Positions 50,491 through 60,716 of a DNA stretch of 64,000 nt are shown one piece after another. Each line of letters opens with the position of its first letter. Within the stretch, counting starts at the first letter, position 1. The notes beneath the pieces are model-generated. The model was not told where the DNA came from, ran no database searches, and saw only the letters and a program-made list of their open reading frames with translations. Source of the stretch: an uncultured Actinomycetota bacterium (GTDB lineage Bacteria; Actinomycetota; Actinomycetes; Propionibacteriales; Nocardioidaceae); the NCBI GenBank assembly GCA_963724275.1, contig CAVRUB010000005.1, positions 8,474 to 72,473 of the forward strand, given 5' to 3'. A program made the position numbers and the translations under genes.

Positions 50491-51808
50491 ATGAACGACG
50501 AGATCCGCCCCTTCCGCATCGAGATCCCGGGGGCCGACTTGGGGGACCTGCGCGACCGGATCGGCCGCGTCCGCTGGCCAGACCCCGTGGAGCGAATGGA
50601 CCCGACCGACCGGAGCCGGGGCATCCCCGAGGCCGACTGGCCGAGCTGCTCGAGCGCTGGCGGTCGTCCTACGACTGGCGGGCGCAGGAGGCTGCGCTCA
50701 ACGAGCTGCCGCAGTTCACCACCGTGATCGACGACCAGTTGATCCACTTCGCTCACGTCCGGTCCAGCCGGGCCGACGCCCTGCCTCTGCTGCTGCTCCA
50801 CGGCTACCCAGCTCGTTCGCGGAGTTCGCCGGGATCGTGGGCAGCCTCGTCGAGCCGGCGGACGGGCCTGCGTTCCACGTGATCGCGCCGTCGCTGCCCG
50901 GCTTCGGGTTCTCCACCCCCTTGAGTTCCCCCGGGTGGGCAATGAGCCGGACCGCCCGCGCGTTCGTGGAGCTCATGCGCCGCCTCGGCTACGAGCGCTA
51001 CGGCGTACACGGCGGCGACATCGGTGCCGGGGTAGCCGGAATGGTCGCGGGGAACGACGAGGCGCACGTGATGGGCGTGCACATCGTCACGGACCCGATG
51101 ACGGCGGCGAACACTGCGACCTTCATCCCCGGCATCGCCGACCGGCTGGACAACAGCAACCGGATCGACACGTTGATCCTGGAGCGGATGGACGCGTTCA
51201 CGAACGACGGGTCCGGCTATCTCGCGATCCAGCAGACCCGACCGCAGACGATCGGTTACGCGCTCGCCGACTCGCCGGTGTTCCAGCTCGCGTGGATCGC
51301 CGAAAAGTTCCACGACTGGACGGACGTTGCGATCGACCGCGATCTGTTGCTGACCCACGCCAGCATCTACTGGTTCAACCGCGCTGGTGGCGGCGCGGCG
51401 CACGTCCTCTACGACCAAGCGCACTCCGCCGACTGGGGCGCACCCGCGCAAGTGCCACATGGGTTCTCGGTGTTCGGCACCGACAAGACGGTCCGGAAGC
51501 TCGTGCCCGCGCCCGACGATGCGTTCTGGACCGAGCACGAGCAAGGGCTGCACTTCCCAGCGATGGAGATGCCCGCCCAGCTCGCGGCGGACATCCGGGC
51601 GTTCTTCGGTGAGCTCCTAAATCAACTCGGGAAGGTGCGTCTATCCGCCGCAAGCTGGCTCGCCCCGCTGTCGTGTCGGCATCGAGGCTGGTGTCGTCGG
51701 CCAGCGGGGTGGCCTCGGGACAGGCTGCGGCGTTGGTGCTTCTCCCACCCACCCTTTTGGGTCAGGTGGCGTCATCCGATCGGCCACTATTTGCGGCCGT
51801 TCCGGTGA
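50491..51808 (+). pseudogene. epoxide hydrolase (EHN N-terminal domain + alpha/beta fold), two frame changes
   Basis: [31 protein letters not shown] (ORF 50491..50727). [43 protein letters not shown]...LLLLHGYP (ORF 50283..50882 frame). [11 protein letters not shown]...[14 protein letters not shown]...YGVHGGDIGAGV...HFPAMEMP (ORF 50837..51808). The natural end may be near 51620, where a taa lies in the adjacent frame. Confidence 0.8.
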
Positions 51809-51881
51809 ATTTCAGCGTTTCCCCCCCACCTCCGAGACCGCGGATCGCAACATGGATGGACCACCGACCGCTGGGGTTCAC

Positions 51882-53306
51882 ATGCGCTATGAAGCTCGAC
51901 ACCGTACGACACCAGGGACCGTCCGCCGGCTACGGCGTTCGGTGCTTGCGATGACAATCTCGACGATGGCACTCGCGACCGGAACCGCGAGTAGCTCGGC
52001 GTTCGTAGTCACCGGCATCGAGACCCCGATCCCACCCCGCTGGGTCCCATCTCGGCGTCGTCTGCCCCTCGAGTCCGATGACCTGGGAAGATCCGGTCGT
52101 CGTGACGCCATCGCGCATGGCCAACGACGGGTACCGGACCGGAGCCCACGCACATGCCGACCGGATCGATCAGATCCCGGAGGCCGCGCTCGTGGCCTAC
52201 CAGCGGTCTGCGCTCGTCCTGCGCGAAGCATCGCCTCGTTGCCGGCCGCGCTGGACGCTCCTGGCAGCGGTGGGACGGGTCATCACCGACCACGGCCAGC
52301 GCGGTGACCGCCGCGTCGACAACGAGGGCACAGTCCACCCCGCAATCGTTGGGAAGCCCCTGCTCACGCGAGGAGGACGCGTCGATGACACCGACGGCGG
52401 GTTGCTCGATCTGGACCGGCGGTTCGACCGGCCCGTGGGCCCGATGCTCCTTGCGCCGACTGACTGGTCGGTCGTGGCGGTCGACGGCGACGCCGACGGG
52501 GAGCGGAACCCGCAGGACCTCGACGACGCCTCGCTCGCGCTCGCCGTCCTCCTATGCGCCCGCGGCAAGGACCTGTCGACCCGCGCGGCCAAGCGGGCCG
52601 CGCTCAGGCGGATCGACGACACTCCGGGATTCGTGCGGGCGGTCCTGGGGGTCAAGTTCGCTTATCGCCGGCAACTCCGCTCAGGGTTGGCGACGGTGGA
52701 CGTCGAGCCCCCCGCCACGATCCCCACACTGCCAATGGCGCCCACGGCGAGGCCGACCGACAGGACTCCGCAGTCCGGCCCGACCGGGGAGAACCAGCAT
52801 CCTGACCAGAACGACCAAGGTGACGACCCCGATCTCCCTGCCCCCGAGCCCGACCCGGAACCCGAGCCCGACCCGGAACCCGAGCCCGACCCGGAGCCGG
52901 AGCCCGACCCGAGCCGGAGCCCGAGCCCGAGCCCGAGCCCGAGCCGGAGCCCGAGCCCGAGCCCGAGCCCGAGCCGGAGCCAGCCAGCACCGACGTCACC
53001 GCGACCTACGACGCCGCGGCCTTCCACATCCGCGCGACCGCCGTGGTGAGCGCGGCCGGCACGGCACCGTCGGGTGCGGTGACCTTCACACTGACCGGCC
53101 CCGGTGGCGTCACGGTGGCCGAGGCAGCGCTTGCCGGAGGATCTGCGACCGCCCAGTTCGAGGTGACGGAGCCCGGCGCGTATACCATCGCAGCGTCGTA
53201 CACCGGCACCCAGGACCAGCCTGGATCTAAGGACAGTGTTGTCGTCCAGGTCACCCTGCCGACCTCAACCGAGCCGTCGACCGAACCGAGCGACGAAGGC
53301 AAGTGA
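51882..53306 (+). pseudogene. secreted lytic-transglycosylase-like protein with (PE)n linker and C-terminal Ig-like domain, two frame changes
   Basis: MRYEARH...RRLRRSVLAMTISTMALATGTASSSA signal (ORF 51852..52307). WTLLAAVGRVITDHG...DDTDGGLLDLD...DRPVGPMLLAPTDW...DGDADGERNPQDLDDASLALAVLLC (ORF 52078..53049). After the PE repeat, TDVTATYDAAAFHIRATAVVSAAGTAPSGAVTFTLTGPGG...YTIAASYTGT (ORF 53043..53306 frame). Confidence 0.7.
52843..52983 (+). repeat. coding tandem repeat (cccgag / cccgac / ccggaa units) encoding PEPD/PE dipeptide runs
   Basis: cccgagcccgacccggaa x3, then (gagccc)n with periodic gagccg. The reading frame changes inside it at gacccgagccgg. Confidence 0.85.
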
Positions 53307-53319
53307 CTAGCTGGCTGTA

Positions 53320-53412
53320 GGTCGCGTCAAGTCCGTGGGCCTCGTGCTCGTCGACGACCTCCATCGTCGCCGACAACTTGCGGGGATCCACCCCGATGAA
53401 GACGTGCTCCAT
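53320..53412 (-). pseudogene. IS110-family transposase, N-terminal ~30 codons only
   Basis: MEHVFIGVDPRKLSATMEVVDEHEAHGLDATY (tail of ORF 53251..54144) matches the IGVDPHK.S.T.EVVD start of IS110-family enzymes. It is truncated next to the transglycosylase stop. Confidence 0.55.
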
Positions 53413-53762
53413 GCGCTGTTCCTGCCTGCGCTCGTACCGGTAGGGACGGCGAGGTGGGCATCGCTGATGCGAGCTGGGCAGTCCCCTCTTGAGCCACGCC
53501 TCGTCACGATGCCCGGCGGGCCGCGAGACCGGAAGTGAGCCACACCCGACGACGGGTGGGCAGCCCAGAAGAGAGCCGCCCGCCGAGCACCTGGACCGGA
53601 GTCTGGCCTGACGCCGACCCTGCGAGCAGTCTCTAGTAGCCCAGAATGGGTCGCTTTCCATCCCGTTACGGTGACCAGCACGCGAGTGGGCGAGGTCGAC
53701 AACCTTGTCAAAGGCGCGCCCTGGCGTATGTCCAGCCTGACAGCGTCCAGGCATTCGCGCAC

Positions 53763-54569
53763 TTAGGACATGTCGGGCGGGACGTCCGGCCGGACGAGTC
53801 CCGACTCGTAGGCTGCCACGACCACCTGGGTCCGGTCTCGCAGACCTAGCTTTCTCAGGATGCTGGCGACGTGGGTCTTGACGGTCCACTCGCTGATCAC
53901 GAGCGCGTCCGCGATCTCCGCGTTCGACATCCCGGTTGCGATCGCCCGGGCGACCTCGAGCTCCCGACCGGTCAGGCTGGCGAGGTCGCTCGGGGCCGGC
54001 GACAACGCACCGGCGGCCCGGCGACGCTGCGCCTCGGCGAGCAGAGTGGTCGCCTCCGCCAACCGCTGCGCCAGGTCGCGGTTGTCTCCGGTGACCAACT
54101 GGAGCTGCCCGGACCTCTGCGCCACGGCAAATCCCATCAGCCATGCTGATCCGTAGACGATCGCCATGAAGGCGCCGTCACCCTCGGCCCGGGCGAGGAG
54201 CGCGACTGAGACCAAGATGGTTGCGGCGCTCAGCGCCGCCTTGGCGGCGCCGGCGTAGGCACTGCTCGAGTAGGCGGCTACCAGCATCGCGGTCAGGGTT
54301 GCCAGTCCTTCGGTCGGCGTGGTGAGCCAGCTCTGGATCACGGCCGCTCCGAACACGACGGCGAGGACCGCGACAGGCGCTGGACGACGCAGCGCCAACG
54401 GCAGGGTCATCGCGAGCGTGGTGAGTGAGAGCACGGGACGCGACCCGGTCACCTCTCCGACGCCGGGCAGCAGACCAGGTGCCCAGATCTCGACCTGGGT
54501 GGCGAGCGTCAGAGCTGCCGCCACCACGATGTCCATCGTGGTCGGCCGCAGATCCGGCATCCATCTCAT
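53763..54569 (-). CDS. membrane one-component regulator: histidine-kinase-like TM sensor region fused to a LuxR-type HTH
   Basis: From MRWMPDLRPTTMDIVVAAALTLATQVEIW. About 5 TM segments resemble the N-terminal ends of NarL-type kinases, followed by a coiled linker and LTGRELEVARAIATGMSNAEIADALVISEWTVKTHVASILRKLG. No HisKA, HATPase or receiver motifs are present. Confidence 0.75.
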   Translation of the reverse strand: MRWMPDLRPTTMDIVVAAALTLATQVEIWAPGLLPGVGEVTGSRPVLSLTTLAMTLPLALRRPAPVAVLAVVFGAAVIQSWLTTPTEGLATLTAMLVAAYSSSAYAGAAKAALSAATILVSVALLARAEGDGAFMAIVYGSAWLMGFAVAQRSGQLQLVTGDNRDLAQRLAEATTLLAEAQRRRAAGALSPAPSDLASLTGRELEVARAIATGMSNAEIADALVISEWTVKTHVASILRKLGLRDRTQVVVAAYESGLVRPDVPPDMS

Positions 54570-54715
54570 GGGCGGGACGGTACCCACATGAGGGTCCCTC
54601 CGGGCGTCACTCTCGAGAGCGAGATCGGCCCGAACCGCTCGGTGGAGCGATGCGGCGCGGCCGTGAGCTGACCGATGTTGGACGTCCGAACGCACCACAC
54701 ACTCCGGAGGTCACC

Positions 54716-55042
54716 ATGGCTCGACTCACCACCAAGCTGCTCTACGCCGCACTTCTGGGCCAACTGGTCGCCCAGCTCGGTTGGATCGACCCGCTGTTCA
54801 TCCCCCTGGTCCTGGCCGGTCCGCCACTGACCGGAGCGATCCTCTCCTCGCGGCGAGTCAGCTACGCGTGGGTGGCGGTCCTCTGGGCGAGCACCGGGGT
54901 CGGCATGGCGTGGTCGGACTGGGTCGTCAACCAGTCCGACGTCGTGTTCCACCTGGCGCTCGCCGTGCTCATGCCGCTGCTGGCGGGCATCGGATGGGGG
55001 GTCGTTCGGCTGACCGGCCGCCGACAGGTGCCTGCGGCCTGA
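54716..55042 (+). CDS. small membrane protein (108 aa, 3-4 TM)
   Basis: ATG 54716 after ggagg. MARLTTKLLYAALLGQLVAQLGWIDPLFIPLVLAGPPLTGAIL... Divergent from the membrane LuxR gene. Confidence 0.6.
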   Translation: MARLTTKLLYAALLGQLVAQLGWIDPLFIPLVLAGPPLTGAILSSRRVSYAWVAVLWASTGVGMAWSDWVVNQSDVVFHLALAVLMPLLAGIGWGVVRLTGRRQVPAA

Positions 55043-55157
55043 CAGGCGTCGCCACGTGGCCGCACTGGCTGGATCCCCGGCAAGCTCTGCGTGCCCATCC
55101 GAATCCGAGTTCGGGCCCCGGCCTCGACGTGGGTCGGGCAGGTCGCGCCACCGGCTG

Positions 55158-56124
55158 TCAGCCCTCGGACACTTCGAGCACGAGCTTGCCTCGGCTTTCG
55201 CCGGCGGCGAGTCGGGCGAATGCTGCGGGGGCATCCCGGAGTGGGTACACGTGGTCGATCCGCGGCGTGACGGCGCCCTGGGCGACGAGGGCGGTCACCG
55301 CCTCGAGCTCGGCTCGCGACTGGGGGACGACCAGCACGCCGACTCTCTTTCCGGTGGCACGTCCCACCAGCGGGCCGGCGACCGCGGTGCCCAGCAGGAT
55401 CCTGGCCAGGCCGCCCACCATCGCGTACCTCCCGCCGCGCCGCAGGGCGCGGTGCACGCGGAACGGGCGAGCGACGGGCCACGAGATCCACGATCAGGTC
55501 GAAGCTGTCGCGCTCGTCGGCCCAGTCCTCAGTGGCGAAGTCGATCGTGCGGTCGGCCCCGATCCCGCGCAGGAAGTCGCCCTTGTCGGCTCTGTCGACC
55601 GCCGTCACCTCGGCCCCGGCATGCTTGGCCAGTGCGACAACGAACACACCGCCGGCGCCACCCGCGCCGTTGACCAGAACCCGATCTCCCGGCCGGACAT
55701 CGGCGGTCGCCCTGCGCGCGATGCCGCCCGCCTGCGGGATCGTCGAGGCCTCCGCGAACGACAGCCCGCCAGGCTTCCGAGCCAACAGCTTGGGTCGCGT
55801 GCAGACGAACTCGGCAAGCCCGCCCCGGTATCCGGCCAGCTCGCCGAACACCTCGTCTCCCACGGCGTACTCCGTGACCGCACTGCCGACTGCCGCGACG
55901 ACGCCCGCGACGTCGGATCCCGGCACCGGGTGCCGCGGTCGGCGCAGCCCGTTGGACCACCGCGCGTACGCCGGACTTCCCGCCAGGTTCTCACGGTCCG
56001 AGCCGTTCAAGGAGACCGCACGCACTCGCAGCAGAACCTCGTTGTCGGCGGGGACGGGCTCCGGGAGCTCGCCCAACCGGAGGACGTCCGGAGGGCCGTA
56101 CCTGTCCTGGATGACAGCTTGCAT
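55158..56124 (-). pseudogene. NADPH:quinone reductase / zinc-type alcohol dehydrogenase family, one frameshift
   Basis: MQAVIQDRYGPPDVLRLGELPEPVPADNEVLLRVRAVSLN...VLVNGAGGAGGVFVVALAKHAGAEVTAV (ORF 54862..56367 frame), continued in ORF 55158..55457 (LRRGGRYAMVGG...RIDHVYPLRDAPAAFARLAAGESRGKLVLEV). The shift lies near 55460. Confidence 0.8.
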
Positions 56125-56305
56125 CGGGACCCCTGTCTGCGACCGACGCCGCTCGCGTCGCAGACCGATGCTACGGGTCTGGAGCAGCCGCTTCCCGTGG
56201 ACCCGGACTGGCGCGGGACGGGCTGGGCCCTTGGGTGCGACATTCCGCCGCCTTTCGGCGCGGTCTCCGGTCAGTCCCACGGACCACGGGGTGCACACTT
56301 GAACC

Positions 56306-57211
56306 GTGCCGCTGTTCGACGAGGTCCTCAAGCGCAGAGTTGTGATCCTCGACGGCGGGATGTCCAACGCCCTGGAGGACCGAGGTCACGATCTCTCCGA
56401 CGACCTGTGGACGGCGCGGCTGCTCCGTGATGACCCCGCTGAGATCGTCGCTGTGCACCGCGCGTACTTCGAGGCGGGCGCGGACGTCGCGACGACGGCG
56501 AGCTACCAGGCCAGCATGCCCGGGCTGATCCGCGCCGGTCTCTCCGATGAGGCCGCGGCCGGACTGATCCGGAGCAGCGTCCGCCGTGCCCGGGAGGCGG
56601 CGGAAGCGGTCGCCGCGTCGACCGGGCGGGAGCTCCTGGTCGCAGCCTCGGTCGGACCCTACGGTGCCGCGCTGGCGGACGGCTCTGAGTACCGCGGCAG
56701 GTACGGCGTCTCCGCGGCCACCCTCCGCGACTTCCACGCCCCGCGGCTCGAGCTCCTCGCCTCGGCGGCTCCGGACCTACTGGCGGTCGAGACCATCCCA
56801 GACCTTGACGAAGCCGAGGTCCTGGTGCCGCTGCTGGACGCGCTCGGCGTGCCGGCGTGGTTCTCCTACTCCGTCAGCGGCGGCGAGACGCGCGCGGGGC
56901 AGCCGCTGGTCGCGGCGTACGAGGTCCTAGCCGGGAGTACGGCGGTCGTCGCCGCCGGGGTCAACTGCTCGGCGCCCGCCGACGTCCTCACCGCCGTCGA
57001 GACGGCGGTCTCGGTCACCGGGAAGCCAGGTGTCGCCTATCCCAACCGCGGCGAGGCGTGGGACGCCCGGTCGCACTCCTGGGCGGGACAGGGATCGTTC
57101 GACCCCGCACTCGCTACCACCTGGGTGGAATCGGGGGCACGCCTGATCGGCGGCTGTTGCCGGGTCGGACCCGCGGACATCGCGCGACTGGCGACGACGC
57201 TCCTCCGCTGA
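56306..57211 (+). CDS. mmuM: homocysteine S-methyltransferase
   Basis: 301 aa, GTG start. VILDGGMSNALE, LWTARLL, AYFEAGADVATTASYQ, AVETIPD, GVNCSAP and GGCCRVGPADI (zinc-binding Cys pattern). Intact. Confidence 0.85.
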   Translation: MPLFDEVLKRRVVILDGGMSNALEDRGHDLSDDLWTARLLRDDPAEIVAVHRAYFEAGADVATTASYQASMPGLIRAGLSDEAAAGLIRSSVRRAREAAEAVAASTGRELLVAASVGPYGAALADGSEYRGRYGVSAATLRDFHAPRLELLASAAPDLLAVETIPDLDEAEVLVPLLDALGVPAWFSYSVSGGETRAGQPLVAAYEVLAGSTAVVAAGVNCSAPADVLTAVETAVSVTGKPGVAYPNRGEAWDARSHSWAGQGSFDPALATTWVESGARLIGGCCRVGPADIARLATTLLR

Positions 57212-57632
57212 TGCCATCAAGAGTCGGCCGCGTCACAGCGCTTCCCGCTGGCGTAGCTGATCGGTGACGCAGCTCGCGCTCGGTGGGTTTGTCAGACGTT
57301 GACGGCGCTGATTTGGTGTTGCTTATGCCAACTTGAGGTCTCTCTTCGGTCATGGGCTGCGCAGCGCGCGCGGCGGTGACGGCTGACCGCTCCTCGGAGC
57401 CACAACGTGGGAAGCCGGTGGTGCCGCGACAGCTGCCCCCGGCGCGTCCGGTCGGTCACCTCGCGATGGCATCCGAATCTCGACGGCGCACCAGCATTTT
57501 CTCCGGTCTTACAGCAGTCGAGGCCGCTGTCTGCGATGAGAGCCGCGTACCGGTTTTCGGGTTCCGCGATGCCTCCGATCGCACTGCGGCGGAGAACCGT
57601 CGTCGACCCCTGGCACGCGCTGGGCGCACCCG

Positions 57633-58175
57633 TCACGGCCTGCGCGCCGTCCGCCGAGCACGTGCGGTGGCTCGGGCGCACCGAAGCAGATACCACGGCG
57701 AAGGAGGAACCCAGCCCAGCTGGACGGCCATCCCCTGGTCGTCGCGGACCGCCCAGTGCTCGGCGACCATGCCATCGCGCATCCGGCCGAAGTGCACGTG
57801 TGCGACCTTGAAGCTGGCGCCCGTCGGTGCGAACGCCCGCTCGACGCTGCCGTTGGCGGCGTAGATGACGAAGGCGCCGGTGTGGCGGCCTGACATGGTG
57901 CCATAGGTGACGACGAGGTGGTCCTCGACGACGACGTGGTCGATCTCGAAGGCGAGCTCACTGAACGCCGAGGTCAACCATCGCGCGGTGGCCAGGAATG
58001 CCTGGGGTCCCTGGCCCCGCGCCTCGGGCGGCTCGGCGACCGCCTCGCGGTTGACGGCTTCGGGGTGGATGGTGCAGCGAAGGACGTCGATGTCCACCGC
58101 GGCCATGGCGTGGACCCCGTCGATCATCGTCGCCGCGAGCGTGTCACGGACAGAACTGGGGGTGTTGAGCGACAT
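57633..58175 (-). CDS. ester cyclase / SnoaL-like polyketide cyclase family protein
   Basis: ATG 58175 after aaggaggag. HPEAVNRE...FEIDHVVVEDHLVVTYGTMSGRHTG...FKVAHVHFGRMRDGMVAEHWAVRDD. Divergent from the TetR gene. Confidence 0.75.
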   Translation of the reverse strand: MSLNTPSSVRDTLAATMIDGVHAMAAVDIDVLRCTIHPEAVNREAVAEPPEARGQGPQAFLATARWLTSAFSELAFEIDHVVVEDHLVVTYGTMSGRHTGAFVIYAANGSVERAFAPTGASFKVAHVHFGRMRDGMVAEHWAVRDDQGMAVQLGWVPPSPWYLLRCARATARARRTARRP

Positions 58176-58280
58176 GGACTCCTCCTTGGTTACAGCCAAC
58201 TGTAATGAAGTAGGTACAGTAGGCTGTAACGACCGCCCGCGTCCACTCCCAAGCTCTTGTCCGGACCACCGAGGAGCAAA

Positions 58281-58906
58281 ATGGAATCAATCTCGCGTCG
58301 GACCAGTGCAGCGCTCAAGACCCGACGCAGTGTCGTGGAGGCGGCTCACATGGCCTTTCTCGAGCGCGGCTACTCCGCCACCACCATCAAGGACATCGCC
58401 GAGCGGGCCGGGGTCTCACAGGAGACGATCTACAAGGGGTTCGGCAGCAAGGCGAACCTTCTAAAGCCGCGTACGACGTCGCCATGGCAGGCGACCACGA
58501 CCAAGCGCCCATCGCCAGCCGACCCGAGGGCCGCGCGGCCCTCGAGGCCACCACCCCGGTCGCTGCCGCAGCAGCCTATGCCGACCTCGCGGAACTCCTG
58601 ATGACACGCGCCGGTTCGCTGACCCGTATCGTCCTCGCCTCCCGGGGGGCCAGCGACGAAGTTGAGGACTTCGCGGCCGCGATCGACACCGAGCGCCTCA
58701 GGGGAGCGGCCGCGGCCGTCCGGCGCTGGGCGGACAGTCGCTGGCTACGCCCCAGTATGGACGTCGACAAAGCCCGGGACATCCTGTGGGTGCTCACCTC
58801 ACCCCACGTGTACACGATGACACTCGAGCGCGGCTGGAGCACGCACGCCTACCGTGACTGGCTCGCACAGGCCCTCCTAAGCCAGGTCTTGGTCACCGAT
58901 CAGTGA
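58281..58906 (+). pseudogene. TetR-family transcriptional regulator, one frameshift
   Basis: MESISRRTSAALKTRRSVVEAAHMAFLERGYSATTIKDIAERAGVSQETIYKGFGSKANLLK (ORF 58257..58601), then AAYDVAMAGDHDQAPIASRPEG... (ORF 58484..58906). The shift lies near 58470. Confidence 0.8.
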
Positions 58907-59139
58907 CTTCCACTGCGCGACAATGAGCGGCCCCCGGACCCGGCGCAGCCATCCCCGAGCTGGTTCGGTGGCGGGCCAAGATGACTTCCTCCGATACGCT
59001 CGCAAAAGCTGCCCCCTGGTGGCCACGGTACTGGCCGTAGTTGCAGCGCACGTTCACGCCGCAGGCAGCGTGCGCCGCATTCGCCCCTCTCCTCGATTCG
59101 AGCCTCAGTCCGTGTCCCGGAAGTCAGAGCGCCAACAGG

Positions 59140-59499
59140 CACGCGAGGCGATGGCGGGCTACCACGCGACAAAACTCGCCGAACTCGTCGCAAACGAAGC
59201 CGAGGCACTGCCCGATTCCGCGACGGTGAGCTGGACGCGTTCGACGTCGACCGGTGCCATTTCAGTAGTCCCGTGCTGCCAACGAAGTACCACCCAGCGA
59301 ATTTCCTTGAGGCGACACAAGCCGAACGTGCGACACTCCCGTGGTTAGTCAAGCGGCTGCGGCTGCGGCTCCGCGCGGCCGAGGACGGCGTGACCAACGG
59401 CGTCACGGAGGGCAAGACGTCGACGTCGCCGAGGACGACCGTGGCTACCTGGCCGAGCGGCTGCAGGCCTACGCCGCCACCGGCGGCCTGCCCGTCTGA
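59140..59499 (+). pseudogene. degraded gene of unknown function
   Basis: Protein-like stretches are spread over three frames: HATKLAELVANEAEAL, RFRDGELDAFDVDR, ATLPWLVKRLR, and DVDVAEDDRGYLAERLQAYAATGGLPV-stop (59497-59499). No family recognised. Confidence 0.25.
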
Positions 59500-59598
59500 C
59501 CGACGCCGGCACCCGTGGCGATCGTGGCCCGCTGGCGCCCTGTCACGATCGCGTGGGGCCAGTTCCTGTACTCCTCGTGTCACTGACGCAGTGATGCG

Positions 59599-60560
59599 AT
59601 GCTGTGCTGCGTGGCACTGCACGACGAGCTCGCGGCCCTCCGGGCCCACGTCGGGCCCCAGGTGTTCGCCGATCCGGTCGCGTTCCGCGCGGCGTTCGAC
59701 GACTTCGTCCCCGAGGGCTCGGCGTCGACCGGCGAGATCAGCCTGCTCGTCGGCGCGGTCGCGACCGGCGCATTGCAGCGGCTCTCCGAGCAGCTCGCCC
59801 TCGGCGCGGACCCGGAGACGTCGATCGCGAGCCAGGGCGACCTGTTGGCCCGGGATCGCGGCACCACCGAGTCCGCGGGCGCCCGCTGGGCCCTCTCCGT
59901 CCTCGCCCATGCGACGGGCGCGATCCCGGCCGAGATGGTGCCCACCCGGCCGAGACCTGCCCCGACGCAGCGGCCGACCCCGGGCCGACCCAGGGTCTCG
60001 CCGATGTGACACGCGTCGTCAGCACGGGCCGCCCGACCGACCGTCCCCACCGACCCCACCGTCCCCACCGACCGCGCCGTCCGAGCCGTCCCGGCGCGGC
60101 GTCAACCGCCTGCTCGTCGCCGCCGTCGTGGTGCTGGCCCTCGTCGCGGGCACCGCCGTCGCGCTGCTGTTTCCGCGACGGCGACCCGGACGACGCCGCC
60201 GACGACCGCTCCGACACGTCCAGCGAGGCCGCCGGCCCGGACGACGAGGTGCTCGACCAGATCGAGCTCACCGAAGCCGGGAGGATGGCGCAGGTCCGGC
60301 TGGTGCGGAGCGGAACGGAGGCCGACCTGGTGCTGCTCGTAGAAGCCGACGGCGCGTACACCGAGGTCGACCGTAAGGAAGCTGCCTGCCCCTACACCGA
60401 CGATGCCTACAACCCACGGATCGAGAACCTCGGCGACCAAGAGATCCTCTGGGCATGGCAGATTCGGGGCAGCGACAGCGGCTTCAGCGAGGAGGGCCAG
60501 GTAAAGGTCGCCGAGGAGCTGCTCAACCCGTTCGGGATCGGCGAGGAGCCCTGCCCCTAG
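59599..60560 (+). pseudogene. single-pass membrane protein (cytoplasmic helical domain, Pro-rich linker, TM, extracytoplasmic domain), two frame changes
   Basis: ORF 59599..60009 (FADPVAFRAAFDDFVPEGSASTGEISLLVGAVATGALQRL). TM segment LLVAAVVVLALVAGTAVALLF in the 59273..60376 frame. C-terminal domain in the 59604..60560 frame (LDQIELTEAGRMAQVRLVRSG...ILWAWQIRGSDSGF). Confidence 0.6.
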
Positions 60561-60572
60561 CAACGTCGAGTT

Positions 60573-60716
60573 GTGAGCGACACCGGCGAATTCCGCATCG
60601 AGCACGACTCCATGGATGAGGTCCGGGTTCCTTCCTGGGCGCTCTGGAAGGCGCAGACCCAGCGGGCGATCGAGAAACTCGGTCGCGGTCGCCGGGCAAG
60701 ACCGCTCCGCGCGTAG
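60573..60716 (+). pseudogene. fumC: class II fumarate hydratase, N-terminal ~35-codon fragment
   Basis: GTG 60573. [34 protein letters not shown] matches the conserved FumC/AspA start (FRIE.D.MG.V.VP...LW.AQTQR). Similarity ends abruptly afterwards, with a stop at 60714. Confidence 0.55.

Noticed and set aside
49331-51651. 16-nt identical string tgcgtctatccgccgc at 49331 and 51636, flanking the YafY/epoxide-hydrolase pair
   Set aside because: A single exact 16-mer pair is about what chance allows in 64 kb of GC-biased DNA, and no extended similarity surrounds either copy.
52843-52983. Possible CRISPR-like periodic repeat
   Set aside because: The units are 6-18 nt, contiguous with no spacers, and lie inside a coding region encoding a Pro-Glu linker.
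58900-60012. 370-aa minus-strand ORF
   Set aside because: Arg/Gly/Pro-rich and featureless. The plus strand carries recognisable protein-like segments (the 59599 gene and a degraded gene at 59140-59499).
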